Program-made: the position numbers and the translations under genes
Origin: Octopus sinensis
Taxonomy: Eukaryota
Direction: 5' to 3'
Assembly: GCF_006345805.1 (NCBI RefSeq)
Contig: NC_042997.1
Span: 92,938,001-93,002,000 of the forward strand
Length of the DNA: 64,000 nt
In this document: positions 11,465 through 24,824 of the stretch, piece by piece
Layout of the letters: each line of letters starts with the position of its first letter
How positions within the stretch are numbered: the stretch's first letter is position 1
The notes under the pieces: generated by a model
Told to the model about the DNA's origin: nothing
Databases searched by the model: none
What the model saw: the letters and a program-made list of their open reading frames with translations, nothing else

Positions 11465-12230
11465 ACATGATGATGGCCGTCCACTCGTGACCGAAGAAGA
11501 CCATTGCTGACCTTCAGGAACATTGTGCACTCTAAGACTAACTTATATTTTGCATTTGCGGCTCCGTTGGTGGATAATGAACCCTGCTCTTGATAAGCAT
11601 GCACGACTGCAACATTGCAGACCAAGCTTTCCCCATTCACTACACCAGAGTGCGCCTTCGAGCAGCACGCTTAAGTTCTTCATGCAGAATACGTGCTCTC
11701 TCAAAAGTGTCGAACCCTCCTTAACCTGTTTCCTCCATCTGTGGTGATAATAGGCATTGTCTCCCAGTCTTGCTGTGAAAAATCATATCCATTGTCCCTC
11801 TACTAGATCAGAAGCCACATTGAGATTCAGATAGCAACAAGTGCAGTGCGTCTTTCAGGCCTACAATCATTCTTGTTATCCAACGAAGTGCGCACATTTC
11901 AACATGAATTGTTCAAGTTCTATCCATATTTTGTAAATAAAATTCTCTTTGTTGTTCGAGCGTAGGGTGGACATCCGTCGGTCGCTCTAAACTGACAAGA
12001 TATAGAAAGACTGGCAATTTTTGGTTCACCTTTTCTTGAACCTCTCCAGCCTCTGGGTGAGCAGTGCTCTCTCCAAATGGAGCTGCTTAGATACCCATAC
12101 AGCAACCGAATCCTTCCGCAGTCTTGGGCGACTTTATATCTAGCATGGGTCGCCTACGTGCAGGTCGCTGACTACATGCTTCCAACCCATCAGGTCTGCA
12201 TGCTTCTCCACCTTCCTATCGCCGCAGGAC
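11465..12230 (-). mobile_element. Internally deleted RTE (BovB-like) element: 5'UTR, RT piece and 3' end
   Basis: LLSESQCGF*SSRGTMDMIF is joined to WRKQVKEGSTLFERAR...ELKRAARRR. The 5'UTR is homologous to 21996-22071, and the 3' end is ...GGACGGCCATCATCAT. Confidence 0.65.
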
Positions 12231-12369
12231 TATAAAAATAAAATAAGCACATACTAAAAATATGTAAATATATACTAAAAATAAAGAAACATATATACTA
12301 AAAACAAAAAAATATATATAGGGGGAAAAGTGCATATCGAGCAGAAGTCAGCAATGCCTGTGCAGAGTT

Positions 12370-12930
12370 TTATGTCCAATAAGGCTTGCACGACACCTCA
12401 TAGACCCTCTCCAGTTTAATGACATCATCCAGAGACAAGCCGGAGCATGATGTCTGGTTCCAATATGAGTCGCAGGCTCAGGGATGTGAGAGCGCCATGA
12501 TCACTAGCACAAACCAAAGATCTCCAAAATGTCCAATTCCATTCCCTGCATATTTGGTTTTATATCAGAGTGACCTTTTCCTAGAGACATGCTTCAACAG
12601 AAACTCAGAGGTGCTTCCCTCCCATTGGTCTTTCAGCACACTGGACACCATCCCGCAATTTCTGCGTACCTGTCCTATTGCTAGATAACCGTTCAGCTGA
12701 CATTTCAACAGGTCTTGTTTTTAATCCTGCTGGGTTTCTAGCAACTCTCCTCACCAGGCTAGCTTGGTGGGGTACCAGTTTAGTCGCCGGCAACCCGACC
12801 ATGCAATAGGTTGTACTGGATTCCATGTTATCAGAAGCACTTATGAGAGCCTCACAAGCGACTTGACATACTCATACTCAAAAGGTGCAAAGCACACAAA
12901 GACAACTTTGTGGCCCACCTGTAGCCATGT
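12370..12930 (-). repeat. Unclassified interspersed repeat (related segment at 24600-24700)
   Basis: CTATTGCATGGTCGGGTTGCCGGCGACTAAACT...GGTGAGGAGAGTTGCTAGAAACCCAGCA aligns by eye with the minus strand of 24600-24700. Confidence 0.5.
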
Positions 12931-13332
12931 CCTTAAATACACAGACATACATACATACATACATACATACATACATACATACATACATACATACATGCAT
13001 GCATACATACATACATACATACATACTTACGTACATACATATGTATGTATGCATGCATGTACGTTTGTATGTATATATGTATCCATATATATATATATGT
13101 GTGTGTGTGTGTATACAGGATGGTTCAAAAATAGATTTACAGTTATCACGTAGGCACTTTAAATTTCTTTTAAAACATTTTATTACATTTAAATTTCTAT
13201 CTTACAATCAACTAAATTAGCATAGAATAATGCTTTCATATATTTTTATACTTAAGATCTAAATTGTTAATATATGAATGTAAAAGAGATAGTTGAATAA
13301 CTCTAAACTTACTTTTGTCTGTATAATATATA

Positions 13333-13395
<63 letters not shown>

Positions 13396-13397
<2 letters not shown>

Positions 13398-13864
13398 AGG
13401 TTTGATCAATAACTACTATCCGGATTGTTGCTATGGTAACGAAGCTAAAACACGCAGAGTGAAGCCACTTGGCACAGATTTGAACTCTGCTGTGCATGTG
13501 CACTAAACTTAACGATGTAGCTCACTTCGGCAGTGCTTGGAAGGAAGGTGTGTAGCATGTGATCGACGCATTGACCATGGCAGAGAAAGTTGTTATAGCG
13601 AGACCTGTTCAGAGGTCTACACAAAGTTGCAGAAAGTGTATGGAGAGGAGTGAATGAGCCGCACACAAATGTACGAGTGGTTCAAACGTTTCCAGGATGG
13701 CCGAAAAAATGTCGATATTGACGAACGTTCTGGGAGCTAGAACGTTAAAACTTAGTGCGCATGCACAGCAAAGTTTAAGGTCAATCTGTTCCAAGCGGCT
13801 TCACTCTCCGTGCTTTAGCTTCGTTACAATAGCAACAGTCCAGATGCTTATTGATCAGAGCACG
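13396..13864 (+). mobile_element. Internally deleted mariner element
   Basis: ~115-bp TIRs at both ends with TA at the right end. Internal KLQKVYGEE*MSRTQMYEWFKRFQDGRKNVDIDERSG is a mariner HTH region. Confidence 0.85.
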
Positions 13865-14306
13865 TATACGTATATATGCTTGTAAATATGCTTATATATG
13901 TGAATATATATAAACACATAAGACAGGCAGGCAGACACACACACACAAGTGACATTGAAGTATCCATTAAGGAACAAAAAGTAAACTGGCCTTGAATAAG
14001 ATGGCAATTAGTGTTTTTTTTTATTAGTTATAACAAGAAATGAACAAACGCCATTCGTGTCGAAACTGTTCGTCAAGAACGCTATCTAGTTAGTCTATGA
14101 CGTCTTGTTACTCAACTCCATTGTTTTTCCCCTTCTCAATTTCTCTCTATGTATGTATGTATGTATGTATGTATGTTAAATATACATGAATATATGTGTG
14201 TGTATGTATACACACACATGCATACACATATTTATATATAAAAAAGGAGTAAAAGTTGAAATGTGTCGAAAATTGCTTACACAAACACACACACACACAC
14301 ACACAC

Positions 14307-14368
<62 letters not shown>

Positions 14369-15144
14369 AAGTTTGACTTTTTAACAGTAGAGAAGAATAA
14401 TATAATTGTATGCATTTATATGTATAAACCATAAAAATATAACGATACGTTTTCACAGAATAAATGTCTTCGTATCGTTGATCAACTGAAATTATATTTG
14501 TATACGTATTCTTAAGCTGAGTTTGGCATAAATAATTTATTTAAAAATTAATATAAAGAAAAGTGAGAAGGATGGAATGGAACAAGGCAAAATAAAGAAT
14601 CACTGGTTGCTTCGAGTGTTTTGTATAGAAAAAGATTTTAGTAATTTTGAAGTTTTGCTGGGTCCGGTTTCCCTGAGTTTAATTTGAAAGTTTTATGCAT
14701 TTTTCCATATTTTTTCTTATTTAAAACCGGCCAGTAGAAGGTACCGTCAATTTGCATAGTCGCCCGGGACATCACATGTTAGGGGAAGTCACATTATGTG
14801 TTGGGATCTTTTAAATAAAAAGGGACAATGGGAAAATAAGAAACTAATGTGCGCAAATGTTGATCCGTGGCTGTAGTAGAAGATACTTGCCCAACGTCCT
14901 GCGCTGTGAAACTGAACAACCTGAATAAATGAGAGTGAGAGAGAGGGGGGAGGAGGAGAGAGGGAAAGAGAGGGAGGGGGGGAGAGAGAAACATACAGAT
15001 TGATAGACAGAGAGAAACAGAGATAGGGATAGATAGATGGATAGATAGATAGAGAGAGAGAGAGAGGGAGAGAGAAGAGGAGAGAGAGAACATATGTCGA
15101 GAATAAAGGAATTTTGTTAAATCGTCGTTCAACTCCATTCTTTC

Positions 15145-15178
<34 letters not shown>

Positions 15179-16425
15179 CAAATTTACAGAAAACAAAAGA
15201 CGAAGACAGGTGAAGGAATAACAAGCAGGTGTATTGGTTTAGCGTTCAGGAAGAATAGAAAAATCTTTGATGTTTCGAGCCTATGCTCTTCGACAATACA
15301 CGCGCGCGCACGCACACACACACACACACACACATTGAACGCGACGCATCCATTTCCAAATAAGTTTATCTTCACCTTTTTTATCGACTGTACTCTATAC
15401 TTTTTTCCTCCATTCTTCTCTAATTCCCTTTTTCTCCCTCTCCCTCTTTCGCCGTTTTCTATCTGTCTTACTCTCTCTCTCCATCTTTCTCTCTCTCTCC
15501 CTCTTTCTCTCTCTCTCGCTCTCTCGTTGCTCACACGTGACCGTCCTCCATCCTTCTTTTCTTCACGTGACCATCTTTTTTTCCTGCACAGATGTTCAAA
15601 TGACTGGGCGTTTTTTCTCTCTCTCCTACCTTTTCTCTTTTCAAAGAAAATGTTTCTCCCAGCGTTCACTATTTTCCTCTTGAGGATATATTTATTTAAG
15701 ATATATAATTTTCATGTGGGCCACGGGCGAATGTTAAAAATAATATAACGTGGGGTCATTACAAATGGATTTGAGGCGCCTGGCTTAGTGGTTAGCACTT
15801 CATTTCACGTTATTCCAATTCACTCAGCACACAAAAATGAGTATTCCTGCTATAAACTAGCGTCCAGTCCAGATGGAGATTATATACGCAGCAGAAACTG
15901 GCTCTATAAGTCTTATATGACTCGGGAGGGAGCTTTTTTTATGCATTACAAAAGGTAACTGAACTCTGGGTTTGTTATGATACGATATGATATTGATATA
16001 GCTGATATTTCTAGCATTTAATGCGAGAACGGCGAGTTAACTGTTGGTGACGGCGAAGTGCGCCAGCAGTTGTTGTGGTAATTGATGGAAGTGGCGGTGG
16101 TGGTGGTACGATCAACAGCAGTAACAGCAGTAGCAGCGGCGGCGGCATCAGCAGCAGCCGCGGCTGCGCGGGTGTAACAATAGTGAAAAAACTACAGCCA
16201 TAAAGCTATTGAAATTATATTCATACTGAATACGACCTCGACATATATTCCTCCTGTACTTAGTGAATACGCTTGTAGAAAGTAAAATACGAAAAGGCGT
16301 TGACGTAATGCATCAATATAAAATCATTTTGTGTTACTTCCATTTCACTTTTTTTCAAGTCGTATTTTTCTTCTTATATTGTGAAGATTATTCTCTTGAG
16401 TCACCAGTTGTTTATTGCATTAGAG

Positions 16426-16682
16426 CAGTGGCTCTCAACTATTTTTTTCCTATGGACCCCTTCGATTCCTATTTCACGCTACTGGATCCCCATAACAATT
16501 TGATGTTGAAATAAAATCCTATTATATTTTTGTAACTGAATATTATTAGGGATAGTATAAAAAAAGTTTTGAAACATTTTGAATAATGTGGAAGTGTAAC
16601 CAATTTTATTGCACTTAAATTTCAACAACAAAATTTTATGTGGACCACCAAGCGCCATAGCGACCCCGGTTGAGAACCATTG
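16426..16682. mobile_element. hAT-family MITE
   Basis: TIRs CAGTGGCTCTCAAC / GTTGAGAACCATTG. 8-bp flanks CATTAGAG / CGTAAGAG (6 of 8 match). Confidence 0.75.
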
Positions 16683-17361
16683 CGTAAGAGGATTGTAGTT
16701 TAATCCCTCTCAGTCCTGATCTCGTAATCCTAGGATTATAAACATCTTTTTTTTTTTTTTGCAAGAGATTTGGTTACTATTTCTAGCAGCGACCACGCTA
16801 AGCTTCTTTGTTAGTTGAACTGCTGGATTGATGTTTACCGTTTAACTTAAAGATCGTAATGGGGGTGAGGAGGGGTGGAATTTGGAGGAAACTGTCATTA
16901 GATGGCGGCCATGCTGGGGTACCGCCATGAAGGGTTTAGTTGAACAAATAGACCACAGTTCTGTGTATACTCTATCGGTCGCTTTTTACCGAACATTTTA
17001 CCGCTTTACCGAACCGCTATGTCATGGGGACATAAAGAAACCAACGCCGGTTGTCAAGTGGTGATGGGGGACAAACACAAAGGTAAACACACACACACAC
17101 ACACACACAGATTGTAGATAGGGTTATAATCCAAGCTGTGTCATTATGAAGTGCATCTACTTATCTCAGTTCCCCAAAATATATTTGCAGATGACATAAT
17201 TTATGTGAAAGTTGAAAATACTGGAGACTAATAGAAAATATTTATTGCAGAGTAATTATGTAATACGGAATAAAAATTTATAGTTTTCTGTTTATATATG
17301 TACACACACACACAACGGGCTTCGGCACAGTTTCCTTCTAACAAATTCACCCAAAGTATAC

Positions 17362-17500
17362 AGGCGCGGTCCCAGGAATTTTTCGAAGGTAGGGCACAAG
17401 GTCAGAAGGGAATACAATTCCAGGAGAAAAGGTCGTAATAACATTATTTAGAAGGGGGCACGTAACCCTCAGCCCCCCCCCCATCTGGGTCCGCCCAGGT
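17362..17500. mobile_element. Putative Harbinger-like MITE fragment (inverted relative at 32224-32370)
   Basis: Shared block CACAAGGTCAGAAGGGAATACAATT...GAGAAAAGG. Terminal GGGCGGACCCA motif in both copies. Confidence 0.5.
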
Positions 17501-18250
17501 ACATTGGTCGGCTCGGGAGCTATAATAGAAAAACACTTGGTCAAGGTAGCTGCGTAGTGGGACTGAACTCGAAACCACATGTTGCAAAGCGACCTTTTTA
17601 AAAACGCAACCATGTATGTACCTATGACTGTGCATGATTGATGTTTTTTTTTTTTTTAAAGCCTGTATTTTTTAGCCATTTGTTGTTTGGCTAATATTAG
17701 ATACGGTCGGATTGGATTGCAACGTGAGAGAATACACTTCTTTTTGGGATTGCATTAATTATGATTTATAAATATCAGCTCCAGGAAGTATTTTAGGCAT
17801 GTTCATAGGCTATTTCTCGATCCTGTTTACTGAATAAGATTATCGTCACGTTTTATTGGTTCGTAGCAATTTTACGTCATTCAAAATATAATTTGCTTAA
17901 AGAGTTGTTAGAGAAGATTTAATAAACAGTCGTTACGGAAGCAACATTTCATAGTTCTTAGCATACAGAACATCATTGCGAAGCTTTATTTTTTAATTTT
18001 TCGTTGATCCTAGTTAATAATTTCAAAAGCTATTTCTGAGAAATTGCTTTAGAATACTATAAATAGCATTTTCTGTTGTTGTTCAGCCCTAATTCAGCTA
18101 CACTTCAATAGAAAGTGTTTCACTACTCGTAGTATATATTTGAGTCATTTCAGTAAATGTAACCTCTTTTTTTCTTTCTTTTTCTTTCTCTCTTTCTTTT
18201 CTGTATTTCTTTTTCTTTCTTTTTCTGTCTTTCACTGTATAACACCTTGG

Positions 18251-18286
<36 letters not shown>

Positions 18287-18289
18287 ATA

Positions 18290-21200
18290 TATGATGATTG
18301 GTTTATCTTGACAGATGATAGCCATCTCATCAACACACAATCACTCCGTGGATGAACCCTCAGGTGACTTTTAAGACCAATTGCTGACTGACAGGGTTTA
18401 AAACACAAGTAACAGATATTCAAGTTTCTTCTATATTTTTGCTCTTTGGAATTTGATTCTGAAGGAATGTTTTTGTGAACTAGCATGTGTCTTTCAAGTG
18501 CAGATATTGTCTTACACGTTTTGTGACATATGACACAAGTCATAAAAGGCGATTGTTGTTCAAGATTATTAACTACCCGGGCATTTCGATTTTCATGTGA
18601 CTTCATATGATTCACATATCCTGCTTTTGATAGCAGAACAGGATCACACATAATACATTTCCAATGTTCACTGTTGGTTTCAGTTCCAATTGTTCTTTTG
18701 CGACAGGCCCTTTTAAGCTCAGACTGCTGAATCGTCTTTTCCTCCCAGGTATTGTAACCTAAAAGCACCTCTCCACTTGTTCCGATCTAGAATATCAATT
18801 TTCCAATCACTTTTGTTCATATCTTGTTTCTTTAGGTTTTCCTTCACACAGTCTTTATATTTTTTTTCAGCTTATGTTGAGGTCGCTTACCAGAGTTGAG
18901 CTCACCATAAAAAAGACGCTTTGGTAATCGCTCATATTACATTGTGATAACATGCCCAGCCATTTGAGCCAAGATAATATGTTGTTCAATTGAGCTACAA
19001 CGTGCTATGCACAAAACCTCTGTATCTAGCATGAAACATTCCCACTTGACTCCCAAGATACGTCTGAGGCACTTTTGATGAAATCTCTCCAATAAAGAAG
19101 TGCAGTCAATACACGTTTTATAGACACTGGTTTCTGCCTGTAAAGAAATACTTCTATCCACCCATACTCGCTATTCTAGCTTTCCAAATGCAACACTGCC
19201 CTTCCCTTTTCGATAGTATATCTCTGCACCAAGACCACCATCTCTTGACAGGCTCCTTCCGAGGTAAACAAAGGTATCAATGACTTCTAACTTTTTCCAT
19301 TCACAAAAATGTTTGGTTCAGAATATGTTTGTCCTGGCGCGGGAGTACTCATTACTTTTGTTTTCCCAAGACTAATTGTGAGTCCGAAATGTACACATGC
19401 AGTGGAAAGTCTGTCCATTAAGTGTTGCATATTCCCCTCTGGGTTTGCCAACAAATCAGCATCATCAGCATAAAATAATTCTCTAACAAGTGTTTTGAAA
19501 GTCTTTGCTTTGCAGTTAAGTCGGATCAGATTAAAAATGCGACCAGATGTCCGAAATCTAATTCCGATTCCCCTGTTGCAATCCTTGAAAGCATACCAAA
19601 ACAATGCAACAAAATATATAGAGAAAAGTATAGGCGCAGGAATATCTCCCTGGTTGACACCTTTGTCCACAGAAAATTCATGAGATAGCTCACCATTAAA
19701 GATTACCTGAACTTTCATGTTTTTCTGTAGTTCCTTAAAGATGCTCACAAAATGTGTAGGGCAACCAAGTTTGCGTAGAACAATCCACATTGCCTCCCTG
19801 TTTACCGTGTCAAATGCCTTAGTTAAATCTAAGACAACACGGTATAGTGGTATTTGTTCCTCTAAGCCACAATATCCCAATCTTTTCTGCCTCGAGGCAC
19901 CCTTCCCAAGCCTTTCAGAAATCCACAGCACCCCTATTAGAAGATCTAATATGACAGTTGTTTTTTGATTCAACATCAATGTAACAAAGCCTTGTCCCTA
20001 GATAATAACATCTGCGTAAGAAAACTATGTTCCTGGAATTGATAATAAAATGTTCTTCATTTCACCAATGTTGATATAATAAACATAAAATAGATAATAA
20101 TACAAAATTGTAATAGACAACAATACAAAATATAAGATGACAATAGTATTTATTGTTAAAATAGTATCAAAATGCATTTTTGACACTAAATGATCAATCA
20201 TGATACGACATACGTATGTATATTTCGCGGCACCCCTCGGTTGATCTCGTGGTACCCCAGGGTGCTGCGACACACCGGTTGGGAACTTGTGCTCCAAGCA
20301 TTTCTCCTGAACCTGCCTCATAGAAAATATCATGTCCATTGTTCCTTGCTCAGGTCTGAAACCACACTGTTCTTCAGGAATCACATGTGGACACACATTC
20401 TCAACGAGACGATCTAACATGATACTTGAAAGTATCTTGCCGGTATGTGGCAGGAGAATTATCCCTCTAGAATTACCACACACTGGTTTTGGGCCCTTAC
20501 CCTTGTATACAGAGATTAGAATGCGGTTTAAACTACAAAAACTTTTAATGTCTTTTAAACCACAAAAAAACTTTTAATGTATTCCCTTTCACAGGCCGTC
20601 TTAACTTCGTCAGACAAATTTCTCCACCAAGTATCTTTAAGCCTTCTGAGTTCCTTTTGCAAGTCTGCTTTCTGAGACTCGTACATCTTTTCTAGTTGCA
20701 CTTTGTTCTTTACGTTTGGGTCAAGAAGCTTTTCATGAGTGAAACTCTTTGTTGCTAAAAGCTCATTCATCCCTTTATCATTCGGATCAAACCAGTCTCG
20801 GTGCTGTCTCCTCTTAAAACCTAACACCTCTGATCCCATTTTATATATTCCATCCCAAAAAGATTGCCATGAACCATCAAAGTGAACATTGCTGCATCTC
20901 TCCTGAAATAACTGCAAAACTTGTGATTGTTTTAGCTGCTCTACATCAATTCTCTTTCGTACTAGTACACCTGCACTACGAATCTTCTTGCGGACCCTGA
21001 ACTTGAGCTTAGCCCTAACCAGTTTGTGATCAGTATCTCAATTAGTACTTCGTAATAGCCCGAGACTGCACAAATCTTGTAAGTCAGCTTTCCGAGTTAA
21101 TACAAAATCAATCATGTGACTTTGCTTTGATCTTGGGCGAATCCAAGTAACTTTATGCTTCAACTTGTGATGAAGGAAAGTATTCCCAACAACTAACCCT

Positions 21201-22440
21201 AGCTCACAGCACGTTCACCTTTCCTATTCCGTAACGCCCAAGTACATTCCAAGCACCATAGGTTCTACCAACACGTGCATTAAAGTCACCAAACCCAACC
21301 AACTTCTCGTTCAAAGAGACTAACAGAATACTTCTTTTAAACTCCTCATACAATGCATGGATATTTTTCTCACTAGTTGAAAGTGTAAGAGCATAGAGAA
21401 AACAGTTACAAAACGTCTACAAGACAGAAGAATCTGGAGTTTCATTATGCGTTTGTTTATGCTTTGTCAAATTTGAATTCTAAGTCTTTTACCAAATCAC
21501 TTCTTATTGAAAACCCAACACCACCTTCCTTTTTTCTCCCTTCGGCTTCCCAGCCCCAAATGATGTGAAACCTGCTGCTTTTTCAACAAGATGATCTTTA
21601 TCTGAACATCTTGCTTCAGAAAGAGCTGCAATATCAACATTAAGACGTCTTAGCTCCTTAGTTACAAGAGCTGCCCTTCTTTCAGGCCTATCTGTTCGAT
21701 CTAAAAGGGTTCTCACATTCCAACAAGCTAGGTTAAAAGAAACCTTATTCCTTGCATACTTATTATCATTGTTTATATTAATTCTTTGCTCATTCCTGCT
21801 AAACTGAACCACCGTTAATCTCAGTAAACTAACCAACGGAGAAAAGACACAAATTTTAGTGCAACTTTCTAGCACATTCCCAGTATATATACATGTGAGT
21901 ACTTTTCTCCTTAAAAGGGCTGCTCAAACAGGATTCTCCACCGAAAACAGCTCCTGTCCATGAAAACATGTTAGCGATATTAAGATAAGACCCCTGCCGC
22001 CTTATGTGCAGCTTTGTAACTGTATGCTTCCAACCGGTCAAGTCTGCATACGTCACCACGCATCTATCGCCATGGGACTTTTGAAAATAGATCATTGTAC
22101 GATGATGGTGTTTTGTCGGGGACATCAGTACTTCATTGGATTTCAATGATAAACGATTGTACAACACTTTTGCCACGCTCTGGGTCAAAATAGTAGATTC
22201 TAGTGACAAGCAAAGCAAGATGACTAGTACTAAGTTGACTGTAGGTTTTATATCGGAGTATCTGCTCTTAGGCTTTTCCTCAAAAAGAGACTGCAAGCTA
22301 TCAGTGGTAAATCAATTTGAATTATCTCCTATACTGGTTGTCCTAATCACAGCTGCGTTTCAAAACAGGAGCCAAATCTGCTCCCATCAAACAGTCATGG
22401 CTTTGATAGGGCAGCCAATTAAGGGGACGTAATTACTATA
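18290..22440 (-). mobile_element. Near full-length RTE (BovB-like) LINE, pseudogenised
   Basis: APE N-terminus ACWNVRTLLDR...RRAALVTKELRRLNVDIAALSE, linker HRDWFD, RT motifs EEQCGFR, LDLTKAFDTVNR, GVNQGD, LFYADD, LERFHQKCLRRIL, and C-terminal zinc fingers. Multiple stops and frameshifts. Confidence 0.92.
19868..20291. mobile_element. hAT-family MITE inserted in the RTE RT domain
   Basis: Degenerate TIR CACAATATCCCAATC / GGTTGGGAACTTGTG. 8-bp TSD CTCTAAGC / CTCCAAGC. It splits QEKCLE from EEQIPLY. Confidence 0.8.
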
Positions 22441-22608
22441 ACCAGGTTTTATGTCATAGTGTCCTTCTAGAAGAGTTGACTTCACCACGGCTAACGAGCC
22501 TCATCTACGCCAAACACACACAGAAACAATATATACATATGTACAAATACACACACACACACACATCTTTCAAGAATGTAATTGTGTAAAGCCAGAACAA
22601 TGCGAGAA

Positions 22609-22755
22609 AGTACAAAGTAAACTACAAAAGGAAAAGAAAACAGACGAAGTCTGAATTTTACCTTGTATTTCCATATTTCGGGGTGAGAAGTACAAGGTAA
22701 AACTTCAACTTTGTTCTGTTTTCTTTTCCTTTTGTAATTTTTTTAACTTTGTACT
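22609..22755. repeat. Imperfect inverted repeat (~62-68-bp arms, 17-bp spacer)
   Basis: 22609-22670 is the approximate reverse complement of 22688-22755. Confidence 0.85.
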
Positions 22756-22808
22756 ACACAACTACATTCTTTAATGTTGTACCTCACAATGTCTCACCAA
22801 AACTATCT

Positions 22809-22916
<108 letters not shown>

Positions 22917-22925
22917 ATTTATATA

Positions 22926-22995
<70 letters not shown>

Positions 22996-23198
22996 ATGAG
23001 AAAACATAAGTTTAAAAAGAACAATTCAAACTTTTTGAGATATCCAAATAATGATTCATCATATTGATAAAAATCAGCCAGAGCAAGTAATAAGAATATG
23101 GATGTATATATATGTGTGTATTTGTATGTACGTGTGTGTGCATATATATGTATGTGTGTGTGCGTGTATACGCATGTGTATGTTTATGTATGTGTATG

Positions 23199-23240
<42 letters not shown>

Positions 23241-24746
23241 CACACATATACATATCTTTTACTGTTTTTACTCAGCCGTTAAGTTTTCTTTGGAGTAAAA
23301 GAAAAAAATTTATGATTCGCTGCACGTTGCTGAAATTCTGTCCTTGGTTTGTGTGAAGAGAAGTGAGGAAATTGAGTTCATGATGCTTATATAAAGAAGT
23401 GTATAAGAGATAAGGAATTCTTCATAACACTTTCATGCTATGACCAAGAACCATGTGTTACTCTCAGTGAGTCTCTCAACTTTAGCAATTGTCCTGGTCT
23501 GCTTGGCAACAGGTGAGGCGTGTGAATCTTTCGGTTGCCCCCAACATTCAGCAATTAGATCTTCACGGGCATTGCTTATCACTAAAGAAAAGCGAATCTC
23601 CAGGGTATTCACTTTTGTTCTGTGGAACATTCACTTTGGTTCCTACAAGCCAATTGGATAATCAATAGAACATGCACGTGATAAATGAATGCCCCAGTTG
23701 TAGTGCACTCATGATAGCGAACTGATAATTTAGAAAAAGGGGATCGAATCCTGGGTCTCGCCATACTGTGTAATATAAGCGCAGGCATAGCTGTGTGGTT
23801 AAACTGTTCGCTTTGCTACAACGTGATTCCGAGTTCAGTCCCATTGTCCGGTACCTTGGGGCAACTATTTTCTACCCTTGATGCAGTACTGGATAGCGTG
23901 TGTAGTTCAAGGATCAGGGAGTCTCTCTAGATCGAGCTGCTACTTCTCCGCATTGGGATCTTTGGTGCTATAGACATGTGATTAGAATCGCAAGACAGAA
24001 TCTTCAAGCCGAGCCTACCGGCAATAGATCTTGGTTGACAAAGTTACTATATTGTTGGATAATATTGATTGTCTCAGATGGTCATGCATGTGAATCTAAA
24101 CGGAAAGTGTAATGACAGTTGCTTCTGTTAGGACTCTTGGATGAGGTGTCTGAAGACTCTACACGCACGACCCTCTCATGAATAATGGGAAGAGAAGAAG
24201 GATGGATGGATATATATTTATTGTAAATATGGTCACTACATCCATCCATATACAGTAATTGCGAAAACATATAATTTGCGACAGTTATTATCCAGTTACT
24301 TTGCGTGATTGGTTACTTGTTCACTTTTGTAACTCAGAATCTACGGAATCTGGACAGCCCAAATATATCAATGATTACTATAACAGTTATTTTAAAATAA
24401 GTTTTAAAAAAATTTTTTAGCAACCCATCTGCATATGCTGCGTGATCTACGAGTTGTATACATTATACCAAACCATTTAAAGAAAATCGTAAAATCAGTA
24501 GTCTTATAAGATGTGAGGCATAAACTGGAATTCTAAGTTCCGACCTATTATTTGATGGATGCTTACTTTAAGTTGTGTTCCGCCATTCTTTTGACATTTC
24601 TCATTATTTGAGATGCTGCGTTTCTAGCAACCCTTCTCACCATGCACGAGCAACCGGTTTGGTAGCCGACGACCTGATTATGCAATAAGCATCGGACTAC
24701 ATGACATAAGGAACGAAACGAGAAAGAGAAGGGGGAGAGAGAACAA

Positions 24747-24824
<78 letters not shown>

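Noticed and set aside
14780-14925. Exon-like segment after a strong minus-strand acceptor
   Set aside because: It contains TTGGGCAAGTATCTTCTACTACAGCC, a SINE family B remnant, and the frame closes.
16020-16195. GC-rich Gly/Ser-like stretch
   Set aside because: Mixed GGT/AGC triplet repeats with stops nearby.
24565-24680. Minus-strand exon candidate with GTAAGC donor
   Set aside because: Most of it aligns with the repeat at 12740-12830, so it is probably repeat-derived.
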